Position numbers and translations under genes: made by a program
Shown: piece after piece, positions 8,759 to 16,705 of the stretch
Position numbering within the stretch: the stretch's first letter is position 1
How the letters are laid out: every line of letters starts with the position of its first letter
The notes under the pieces: generated by a model
Told to the model about the DNA's origin: nothing
The model's database searches: none
Seen by the model: only the letters and a program-made list of their open reading frames with translations
IMG/VR virus record: IMGVR_UViG_3300018476_000013
Span: 14,301-78,300 of that record
DNA: 64,000 nucleotides
Strand: one strand, 5' to 3'
DNA from: a virus

Positions 8759-9105
8759 ATGATCACTCGTTTCCTTGGTTGGAGAGGTGGTAGGTCTTCC
8801 AGCATAAAATCTAATGCACGGCCAATCGGGGTCGATGGCTGTCCATCAGAATCTCTTAAACACGCTTCACGCAAGTCAGTCACGGGACATCCATGCTGGA
8901 TGGCCAATGACACAGCAATGGCAGCATCAGAGGCAGCCATGTCCACTTCACTGCCGGCACGGCCACTGCTGTTAAGGAATAGTTCACCAGGTTCACCGTT
9001 GTCGTAATATCCAATGGTGACATGGTACTTCTGATTTTGATGTTCGAACTTGATCGTCTGATGAGCCCGACGATTGGGAAGTCTGTTTCGCATTACACCA
9101 CCCAT
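8755..9105 (-). CDS. stand-alone TSCPD-domain protein (class II RNR C-terminal-like)
   Basis: RNRLPNRR, PGELFL, AIAVSLAIQHG pattern. Confidence 0.75.
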   Translation of the reverse strand: MGGVMRNRLPNRRAHQTIKFEHQNQKYHVTIGYYDNGEPGELFLNSSGRAGSEVDMAASDAAIAVSLAIQHGCPVTDLREACLRDSDGQPSTPIGRALDFMLEDLPPLQPRKRVII

Positions 9106-10529
9106 TCCCTTGGAGGATCAGACATCACCACGATTGCCAAGTCAATTTTCTTTCGCATGGCGTAAATGATTTTCCACTCAACAGTATCCCGAGTGGCGAA
9201 GTCAACCACCGTCACTCGATCTGTTTTCTTGACGTGCGATGCTCGTTCCTCTGATTGGTCCCGGTGCTCCAGGTTGTCGGTGTTGGAGTAATAGACAATC
9301 AGGTTTGCTTCAGACCAATCCCTGCCACGGCCACCACTACCGGGGGTGGCAACAATGAACCGGCAGTCGGGGTCAGTCTTGAACCTGTTGGAATTCTCTT
9401 CTCGGTCCTTGCGGTTCTGTCCCCAGAATTCCACCACTGATCCGGCGCCGAACTCTTTGGTGATGGCTGCAGCGACCTTCAGAAGATCCCGGCCATAGCT
9501 GCACCAGATGATTGCCTTGCCATCATACTCGCCGAGTAGATCAAGCAATGATTGGGTCCGGTTCTCGGGCACGGCATGTGCTGATTGATCTTCCGCCGTC
9601 GCCCATCCGCAGCACAGTTGATGCAGGCGCAGGTTGGTGGTGATGCTTTGTTGCGCCGACATGTAAACACCGGGAGAGATTTCCGCCGTGGCCGTGGCTT
9701 CCATCTCAGCGTAGAGCCGTTCCTGTTGTGGGGTCATCTCGACCTCACGAGTGACGTACAATTTCTCAGGGACATCCGAACAATCTTCCAGGCGCTTGCG
9801 GTAGCTGTGGGGTTCTAATTTCCTCCACAACTCTTCAACCTTGTCCGTGAACCGGACTGGAATGCGAATGGAATACTTGCCACCAACCCGCAGGTGCTTG
9901 ACGATGGCATATCGCTGTTCGAATGCTTTGTAGCTGATGAAGCCCAGCAATCCAGGTTTCAAGAATTCGAACTGCCCCCATAGATCAAGCGGGCTTCGGG
10001 GTGTTGGCAGGCCAGTCAAGATCCTGGTCCGCGTGGCCATGGGCCTCAGGGCGTGCAATGTCCTGGCACGGCTTGACCCCGTGGTGACATTCTCCCAATT
10101 CTTGATCGTGGTCGCTTCATCGACGATCAGGGTTGACTCAGGATGGCTTTGCAAGATCTGGGCGCACGCGTGCCGAATGGCATCCACTGTGCTGAAGGCT
10201 TCGACATTGGCAACCAAGATCCTGGGCCGGTTACCTTTCACGAATAGATGCTCGATAGATTTCTTGCCCCGCTTGCTGTCCCATATGCCAATCAATGGCC
10301 GATCAGGTTCTTCAAGATGATTGGCGAATTCAGTTTCCCAGACGCGGTATGATCCCGCCGGCGCCGTGATGACTAGGGCGCCACCCCGTTTCAGATTATT
10401 CGTCTGCTGCCAATCGTCGATGGCGACTTTGGTCTTGCCCGTTCGCATGGCCATCAGCAACGCGAAAACGTCGCGGCCGGCCATCCGTTGAAGAGCTTCA
10501 ATTTGATGTGCATAAGGTCTGAATGTCAT
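9093..10529 (-). CDS. SNF2-family (SF2) helicase
   Basis: PYAHQ, MRTGKTK, IVDEA, LTGLP, QSEERA motifs; ORF could extend to 10568. Confidence 0.9.
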   Translation of the reverse strand: MTFRPYAHQIEALQRMAGRDVFALLMAMRTGKTKVAIDDWQQTNNLKRGGALVITAPAGSYRVWETEFANHLEEPDRPLIGIWDSKRGKKSIEHLFVKGNRPRILVANVEAFSTVDAIRHACAQILQSHPESTLIVDEATTIKNWENVTTGSSRARTLHALRPMATRTRILTGLPTPRSPLDLWGQFEFLKPGLLGFISYKAFEQRYAIVKHLRVGGKYSIRIPVRFTDKVEELWRKLEPHSYRKRLEDCSDVPEKLYVTREVEMTPQQERLYAEMEATATAEISPGVYMSAQQSITTNLRLHQLCCGWATAEDQSAHAVPENRTQSLLDLLGEYDGKAIIWCSYGRDLLKVAAAITKEFGAGSVVEFWGQNRKDREENSNRFKTDPDCRFIVATPGSGGRGRDWSEANLIVYYSNTDNLEHRDQSEERASHVKKTDRVTVVDFATRDTVEWKIIYAMRKKIDLAIVVMSDPPREWVV

Positions 10530-10559
10530 GGTGCCCTTCATAAAATAAAAATCGCCAGG

Positions 10560-10606
10560 GGTATACACTGAATTTTAGTTAGGATAAACCTTCAACTTCA
10601 CTTCAA
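10560..10606 (-). promoter_or_regulatory. leftward phage promoter, TGAAG-repeat class
   Basis: Minus strand reads TTGAAGTGAAGTTGAAGG-TTTATC-17 nt-TATACC upstream of the SNF2 operon. Confidence 0.55.
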
Positions 10607-10618
10607 CTGGAGCAGCAA

Positions 10619-10876
10619 ATGGACGTAGTAAAACTGACGGAAGAACGAGGTCAAGTCCATGGGGACTTTACCGACGTATCGGAGATCGCCCAAAGCTTAA
10701 AGGCCGTTGTCCGTAATGGCAAGTCATTCAATCAATTGACGAGGGTGCAGGTTGAAGGCCTCGACATGATCCTGCACAAGATCGCCCGGATCGTTTCGGG
10801 CAATGCCAACCACCATGATCATTGGGATGACGTCGCCGGGTATGCTCACATCGTATCGAAGAGGATCACCAAGTAA
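10619..10876 (+). CDS. DUF6378-like protein
   Basis: ERGQVHGDF..MILHKIARIVSG..HDHWDDVAGYA. Confidence 0.75.
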   Translation: MDVVKLTEERGQVHGDFTDVSEIAQSLKAVVRNGKSFNQLTRVQVEGLDMILHKIARIVSGNANHHDHWDDVAGYAHIVSKRITK

Positions 10877-12243
10877 TGTGTGGCTGGGTAGCACAAGCTG
10901 AAGTTGAAAACGATGAGCACTTCGCCGAAGCCATTCGGAGGATCAGCCATCGCGGCACTCGAGTGACCATCAAGGAAACAAACGGCAGCATCCTTGCTCA
11001 CTCCCGTTTGCCGATTGTCGGGCTGTCAGAAAAATACGACCAGCCCGTCGAGACGGATGACTGGCTGATTGCATTCTCCGGGGAGGTCCTGGACTTCAGG
11101 GAGGAAGACCCCGCTGCCGAATGTGATTTGCCTCTCGTTGTCGAGGGTTGGGAGCGGTATAAGTCCAAAGCCCTCAGGGGCCGGGATGGGTTCTGGAATA
11201 TCATCGCCATCGATAAAACAGATGGAACGCTCCACATTACATGCGATTACCTGGGACAGAAGCCAGCCTATTACCGGCAGGATGTTCTGGCTGCCGCTTC
11301 CGAACCGGATGCATTACTGCCCCTCGGGCCGGTGACATTCGATGAAGTGTACCTGGCAGCGGTGATCAAGTGGGGATACTGCCCGGAGATCGAGCGGACC
11401 CCTTACAATGAGATCAAGAAAGTCCGGCCGGGGGAGCATATCCAACTGGATGATCTTGGGACATTCGGCCAAGGACAAATCGTCGATCAATTGGTGCCCC
11501 GGCCAGGTGACCTGCGGAAGGAAATAGAACTGGCCGTCCGCCGGCGGGTAATGGCATCAGATGTGCCGGTGGCTTGCTTGTTGTCGGGTGGATTGGACAG
11601 CTCAATCGTTTATACCTTGGCCTCGTGCTATGGCCAGGTCAAGCCATATTACGTCGACCTCGGGGACAATGACATAGAAGAACGAATGGCCGTTGGTGCT
11701 GTCGCCGGCAAGGCCAAGGTCATGGAGGTCAACGGTTCTTCACTTGACATCCCGGTGATGGAGCAACTGGACTACATGCAAGAGCCCATCGACCTGGGTT
11801 CGTTGGTGCCACAGATCGCTTTGGCCCGTGTCATCCCTGAGAATGTTTGCCTGACGGGCGATGGTGCTGATGAAGTGTTCGGGGGTTATGGCAGGGCATA
11901 TCGTTATGACAGCCAGGGCTCGGATGTATTCCATGAATTGCCGGCGTGGCATCTGCCGCGGCTTGATCGGGTGATGATGAGGCACCTGATTGAAGTACGC
12001 AGCCCATTCTTGTCCCGCCGGGTGGTCGAGATTGGATTGTCCTTGCCCAGGGAATTGAGGACCGGCAAGCGGATACTCCGGGAAATCTTCCGGGACATCC
12101 TGCCTAAGAGCATTGCCGATCGGGCCAAGAAGCCATTGCGGATGCTGGGCATCAATGAAGCCCATCGCATTCATATGGTCAACGAGTTCAAACGGCGTCA
12201 TTACATCCGCAATGAAATGGATGTCGAGGAGATGAGTCGATGA
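10876..12243 (+). CDS. asparagine synthetase B-like glutamine amidotransferase
   Basis: N-terminal MCG nucleophile, HSRLPIVG, LLSGGLDSS PP-loop, LTGDGADEVFGGY, EVRSPFL. Confidence 0.9.
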   Translation: MCGWVAQAEVENDEHFAEAIRRISHRGTRVTIKETNGSILAHSRLPIVGLSEKYDQPVETDDWLIAFSGEVLDFREEDPAAECDLPLVVEGWERYKSKALRGRDGFWNIIAIDKTDGTLHITCDYLGQKPAYYRQDVLAAASEPDALLPLGPVTFDEVYLAAVIKWGYCPEIERTPYNEIKKVRPGEHIQLDDLGTFGQGQIVDQLVPRPGDLRKEIELAVRRRVMASDVPVACLLSGGLDSSIVYTLASCYGQVKPYYVDLGDNDIEERMAVGAVAGKAKVMEVNGSSLDIPVMEQLDYMQEPIDLGSLVPQIALARVIPENVCLTGDGADEVFGGYGRAYRYDSQGSDVFHELPAWHLPRLDRVMMRHLIEVRSPFLSRRVVEIGLSLPRELRTGKRILREIFRDILPKSIADRAKKPLRMLGINEAHRIHMVNEFKRRHYIRNEMDVEEMSR

Positions 12244-13745
12244 AGAAGCCAAAAGAAAAGCAATTGATTGCCGTGGGGATCACCTGCGGCATTGGTTCAT
12301 TGCTCGTGGGCGCCAAGGCCGCAGGGTTCAAGGTCGCGGGCAATGTGGAGTGGCGGAAATATTACCACCACCAGGACGAAACCGAGCGCAACACTTTCAC
12401 TGAGAATTTCCCTGGGGCGATCTTCCCCAACTCAGTGGAGCAGATGACGGAAGAAGAGTTCAGGAAGTTCAGCAACCCGGACATCGCTTTAGGCCATCCA
12501 GAATGCGGCAACTTCAGCGTGCTGAATGGCGCCCACAAGGACCGGCTCAACATGATGCTGGACCCTGCTGACATCCCGCTCTTCGTCGATCTGGTAGCCA
12601 AGCTGAAGCCCAGGTTCTTCGTGATGGACGACCTGCCCAAGTCCTTCATGGCGTACCCGATGGAAAAGTACGCAGAGAAATTGCCGGACTATGACCTGTA
12701 TCCGGAATGGATCAGCAACTGGGGCTACGGCAACGTCCAGAAGAACCGGAACCGGATGTTCATGCTGGGCGCGCTGCGGGCCGAGCGGTGGGCTTTCCGG
12801 CCGGGTGAGCAGGAACATACCCTGACCGTGGAAGATGTCATCGGTGACCTTGCTAAGCCATCTGTGAGGGGCAATATGCCCAATCATGACCCCCACGACC
12901 TGAAGTCCGTTTGTGCCAAGGCCCTGAACCTGGGTGAGTGGCGGAAACGGAATACCTGGGGCGAGGTCCAGAAGTACTTCGCCGACAAGGGCGGCGGGTT
13001 CACGCTGGAATATACCAGGGATGACGGCAAGCGGCTGAAGAGGATCGGCTTCCTCAAGGGCCATTGGGACGGGCCATCGCATGTGCTGACTGGTGGCAAT
13101 GCCATCCTGCACCACAAGCGCAATGAACCCTACACCATCCGGGAGCGGGCGCGCATTCAGGGCTTCCCTGATGACTTCGTCTTCTATGGTGCCAAGCTGA
13201 ACCCCAAGGGGGAATGGGAGCATGATGGTGACGGCACCATGGTCAAGCAGACCGGCAAGGCCATGCCAGTGCAGTTTGCTGAATATGTGTCCAAGCAGAT
13301 TGCTGCATTCATCAACAAGGAAGAGTTCGAGTCCAGTGGCCGCCGGGTGATCCCGCCCAATGAATACGTCGACCAGGCCAAGCAATGGTACTGCCAGAAT
13401 GTCGGCTATTCAGTGCAGAAGAAAGCATGTGGGGAATGCTGGCTCTTCAACAAATGCAGCATCAGGTCCGAGAAATACCAAATCGGTCCGCGCGCGCATA
13501 CCACAAAATCCGTTGTGGAAGAATGCCCCACAAATCAGCGAATTACGGGGGCTGTTTTAGGGGGAAATACTAGGACGCGTCAAGGGGGGCTCATGCCCTC
13601 TGCCAAAAAGCCTAATGAAATCAAGGTCCGTGAGGCCAAGAACACGGGAGGGACCAATAAAAAAACGCCCTCCCGAGATCCCCGAACTGGCCAGTCCAGG
13701 AAAACTGTCCATCAACCCATCGAAACCACCATTGAAGAGTTTTGA
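12240..13745 (+). CDS. divergent C5-cytosine DNA methyltransferase homolog (candidate carboxymethyltransferase)
   Basis: Motif I TCGIG, motif IV GHPECGNFS, motif VI VMDDL, motif VIII QKNRNR, motif IX TIRERARIQGFPDDF, motif X KQTGKAMPV; C-terminal Cys cluster. Confidence 0.88.
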   Translation: MKKPKEKQLIAVGITCGIGSLLVGAKAAGFKVAGNVEWRKYYHHQDETERNTFTENFPGAIFPNSVEQMTEEEFRKFSNPDIALGHPECGNFSVLNGAHKDRLNMMLDPADIPLFVDLVAKLKPRFFVMDDLPKSFMAYPMEKYAEKLPDYDLYPEWISNWGYGNVQKNRNRMFMLGALRAERWAFRPGEQEHTLTVEDVIGDLAKPSVRGNMPNHDPHDLKSVCAKALNLGEWRKRNTWGEVQKYFADKGGGFTLEYTRDDGKRLKRIGFLKGHWDGPSHVLTGGNAILHHKRNEPYTIRERARIQGFPDDFVFYGAKLNPKGEWEHDGDGTMVKQTGKAMPVQFAEYVSKQIAAFINKEEFESSGRRVIPPNEYVDQAKQWYCQNVGYSVQKKACGECWLFNKCSIRSEKYQIGPRAHTTKSVVEECPTNQRITGAVLGGNTRTRQGGLMPSAKKPNEIKVREAKNTGGTNKKTPSRDPRTGQSRKTVHQPIETTIEEF

Positions 13746-13766
13746 TCCAGAAAAGGAGTTCTGAAA

Positions 13767-14663
13767 ATGCACGGCGAGAAAGTTCACATTGTCAAGGGGC
13801 AGACCCCCGCTGATTATCACTGCACCTGCAAATTCTGCCAGAAGGCCCTGGGGGAATTGTTGAAGCCTGATGGGACATATTACAGCCGGCTGGAGCGCCG
13901 GAAGTATTATGACCCCGCTGAGTCGGGCAAGAAGGAAGGGGCGCACATTGCCAAGACCCCGCTCCACATTGCCCGCTGGGCCATCCAGAACTATTCTAAA
14001 CCAGGTGACTGGGTTCTTGATCCGACCATCGGCGCAGGCACCACGGCCGTCGAGGCCATCACCCAAGGCCGCAACGTGGCCGGAATGGAAATCGAATTCG
14101 GCGAAGTGCTGAAGAAGAATATCCAGGCCGCACTGGTACTGGCCAATGGGTCGAAGCCCAAAGCCAAGATCGGCCATGGCGATGCCCGCAACATCAGTGC
14201 CTTCCTCGACAAGGCCAAAGTTGAGAAGGTGCAGTTGGTCATCAACAATCCACCCTACTCAGGCGATGCCTCGATGCCGTCGCCCTCCAAGGAAGGACGG
14301 GGTGCCGCTTACCGGGACAAGGAAACCTATTTTTTCTACGACAAGTCCCTGCCGAACTTGGCGTTCCTGAAAGAGGGCCAAGAGTATTGGGATGAGATGA
14401 CAAAAATCTACAAGGCATGTGCTGACCGACTTGAAGTCGGCGGTCACTTCGTCATCGGCATTAAGGACATGAGCAAGAAGAAGCAGCCTTATCTTCTGCA
14501 CAAGATGTTCTGTGAAATCCTGGAAGAGATGAAGTTAAAATTTGTTGGCACGGCGTTCCTGAACCATTACCCTCGAACCCTTCACTTGAACACGTGCGAG
14601 AAGTTTTATGGCTTCAAGCCGCCGTTCTTCCAGACCATCAACGTATTTAAGAAAGCAAAGTAA
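13767..14663 (+). CDS. amino (N6-adenine/N4-cytosine) methyltransferase
   Basis: VLDPTIGAGTT SAM-binding motif followed by NNPPY. Confidence 0.87.
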   Translation: MHGEKVHIVKGQTPADYHCTCKFCQKALGELLKPDGTYYSRLERRKYYDPAESGKKEGAHIAKTPLHIARWAIQNYSKPGDWVLDPTIGAGTTAVEAITQGRNVAGMEIEFGEVLKKNIQAALVLANGSKPKAKIGHGDARNISAFLDKAKVEKVQLVINNPPYSGDASMPSPSKEGRGAAYRDKETYFFYDKSLPNLAFLKEGQEYWDEMTKIYKACADRLEVGGHFVIGIKDMSKKKQPYLLHKMFCEILEEMKLKFVGTAFLNHYPRTLHLNTCEKFYGFKPPFFQTINVFKKAK

Positions 14664-15226
14664 TGGCCAAGATGAATTACGGACCCCGGTTCGGCGGCAG
14701 TGCAAAATCGCTCTTCAGTTACGATGAGCGAGTGGATAAGGCGATGCAGGCCGACACCATAAGGATGGCGGCGGTCATGAAAAATCAGCCGCAATACAAA
14801 AAGGAGTTAAGGGGTATTGCGACTGCAAAAAGAACTAGGCAGCGTGCTGACGCAGCCCGTAACAACGGCCGTAAGGAATCTGAAATCCGAATGGCCGAAG
14901 CGTTGCGCAAAGTTGTAGGCATCCTCGAAATGCACATGGATGACCTGATGCAATACACCCAAGTTGGGGGTGAACGGATCATCAATCAAACCAACATTCA
15001 CAACGCCATTGTGATGCTGAGGACCAAGTGCGGTCTCAACTTCGTTGGCAGCGAGCAATATAACCAGCGGATTAAAGCTGACCCCGGGCAAGTGATACTG
15101 ACGCTTGAGCAAAAAGAAGATGAGCGTATCCGTCGGATGGAAGAACAAAAGCAAGAACGGAATTATAACCTGAAGCGTATCGCCAAAGAGTTTGCAGCCT
15201 ATCAATTGAAAAAGGAAAATACATAA
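14663..15226 (+). CDS. hypothetical protein
   Basis: TAATG coupling at both ends. Confidence 0.65.
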   Translation: MAKMNYGPRFGGSAKSLFSYDERVDKAMQADTIRMAAVMKNQPQYKKELRGIATAKRTRQRADAARNNGRKESEIRMAEALRKVVGILEMHMDDLMQYTQVGGERIINQTNIHNAIVMLRTKCGLNFVGSEQYNQRIKADPGQVILTLEQKEDERIRRMEEQKQERNYNLKRIAKEFAAYQLKKENT

Positions 15227-15537
15227 TGGTTGAGATGACTACCGAAGGTTACAACGACATCAAGTTGACGGCATGGGCCAGCCACCTGACAGAAAGTCTG
15301 GCGGCGGCCTTTGCTATTTCCCTGGCCAAGGATCGGGGATGGGAGCCGGAAGAAATTGCTCGGGTGCTGAACCTGGTGTTTCTATCTGGCGGCAAATCAG
15401 GAGTGCCCCGTCACCCAGGGGCTTTGAATATCTCTGTCTTGACCCTTCGGAATTATTTGCGGCATGAGATCGCCACTCCCGAAGAGCTCAAGCATTTCAC
15501 CCAAACTCCCATCCAGAAAAGGATCATTGAGGAATGA
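15226..15537 (+). CDS. hypothetical protein
   Basis: Coupled ORF. Confidence 0.6.
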   Translation: MVEMTTEGYNDIKLTAWASHLTESLAAAFAISLAKDRGWEPEEIARVLNLVFLSGGKSGVPRHPGALNISVLTLRNYLRHEIATPEELKHFTQTPIQKRIIEE

Positions 15538-15743
15538 CTAGCAAGAATGATCGGCAGTTTACCCATCCAAACTTCGGCACGGAAGTCCGAGTTGAGGTCG
15601 TTGATAACGAAGTCGCGTTGGTCTTTGTTGCGTCAAGTCCGGACAAAGCAGGACATTTTGCTGATTATCTTCTGGAGCAATTAAAAAGTGGCGCCATCAA
15701 CATCACGCTGATGGGCAAGCCTACTGGTATTGTGGAGAGTTGA
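15534..15743 (+). CDS. hypothetical protein
   Basis: ATGA overlap. Confidence 0.6.
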   Translation: MTSKNDRQFTHPNFGTEVRVEVVDNEVALVFVASSPDKAGHFADYLLEQLKSGAINITLMGKPTGIVES

Positions 15744-15799
15744 AGGGATTTTAGTTTACATACGAGGTGGACGGGTTATGATGTGACCCGTCCACTTCA
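15741..15799 (+). promoter_or_regulatory. promoter with palindrome over the -10 box
   Basis: TGAAGGG..TTTACA-16 nt-TATGAT; GTGGACGGGT / ACCCGTCCAC inverted repeat. Confidence 0.6.
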
Positions 15800-15812
15800 A
15801 ATATGAGGACTA

Positions 15813-16520
15813 ATGACCCAACCACTTTTTGAATTCTGTCCGACGATAGTCTGCGGGCAAACGAAAAGCGGAGTCAGCATTACTTGCGGCCACTGTTCGA
15901 AGGGAGAAGTCATCGCCGTCAATAAGATGAGACGGCATGGCGAAGACGATTCGGGGATCATTGAACGAATGCTCGCCGACAAATTCGAACGGATAGGCTG
16001 GAAGGTTGGTAATGCCCCCAAGCATCACCGCTGCCCCGCTTGCTTCACAGCTATCAAATCAGCAGCCATCAGGAAAAAGGAAGAGCGCATGTCCGAGAAA
16101 GTAGTGCCCATCACTGCCACCCCCAATGCTCCAGCTAATGCGCCAGTCAATGGGACACCCCAACCACCGAGACCCATGACCCGTGATGAGCGTTACCTGA
16201 TCTTCAAAAAAATCGATGAGCACTATATCGGGGAGACCGTCGGCTACCATGAGAGTTGGAACGACGACAAGATCGCCAAGGACCTGGGCGTGCCCGTGGC
16301 GTTCGTGGCGACCGTGCGTGAAGAAAGCTTTGGCCCCAACATCGACGAACACTCGGTCAAGGTAATGACCGACGCCAAGACCTTGCTGGCTGACATCCGG
16401 CAAGCGGCCTCTGACATGGGGCCGATGATCAAACAGATTGAACCGTTCATGAAACACCTGCATGAATTGGTCGCCCGAAGTTCATCCATTGAAAAGAGCC
16501 TGAAGGAGTTGCAGCGATGA
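15813..16520 (+). CDS. hypothetical protein with zinc finger and HTH-like segment
   Basis: CGHC...CPAC; WNDDKIAKDLGVPVAFV. Confidence 0.7.
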   Translation: MTQPLFEFCPTIVCGQTKSGVSITCGHCSKGEVIAVNKMRRHGEDDSGIIERMLADKFERIGWKVGNAPKHHRCPACFTAIKSAAIRKKEERMSEKVVPITATPNAPANAPVNGTPQPPRPMTRDERYLIFKKIDEHYIGETVGYHESWNDDKIAKDLGVPVAFVATVREESFGPNIDEHSVKVMTDAKTLLADIRQAASDMGPMIKQIEPFMKHLHELVARSSSIEKSLKELQR

Positions 16521-16705
16521 CTGGTTACCCAAAAGGAGAATTCCCTGAGATCGTTTACCAAGGGGGTCAGACAGGTTGGTGTCTGACATCCCATAAGAGT
16601 TATGAGTTCGAAGACCACATGGAAGCAGTTATTGCTTTGTTGCCGGAAGGGCCGGTTAAAGAAAACCAGATCGAGTGGTTCAAAGAACTCAAGAGGCGGA
16701 AATGA
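16517..16705 (+). CDS. small hypothetical protein
   Basis: ATGA overlaps at both ends. Confidence 0.55.
   Translation: MTGYPKGEFPEIVYQGGQTGWCLTSHKSYEFEDHMEAVIALLPEGPVKENQIEWFKELKRRK

Noticed and set aside
10876-12243. AsnB as an auxiliary metabolic gene for asparagine supply
   Set aside because: Not excluded, but the compact size and translational coupling to DNA-modifying genes favour a modification role, so no asnB symbol was assigned
13570-13580. CTAGGACGCGT, reverse complement of 2022-2032 in a promoter spacer
   Set aside because: A single 11-bp match inside a coding tail; not distinguishable from chance
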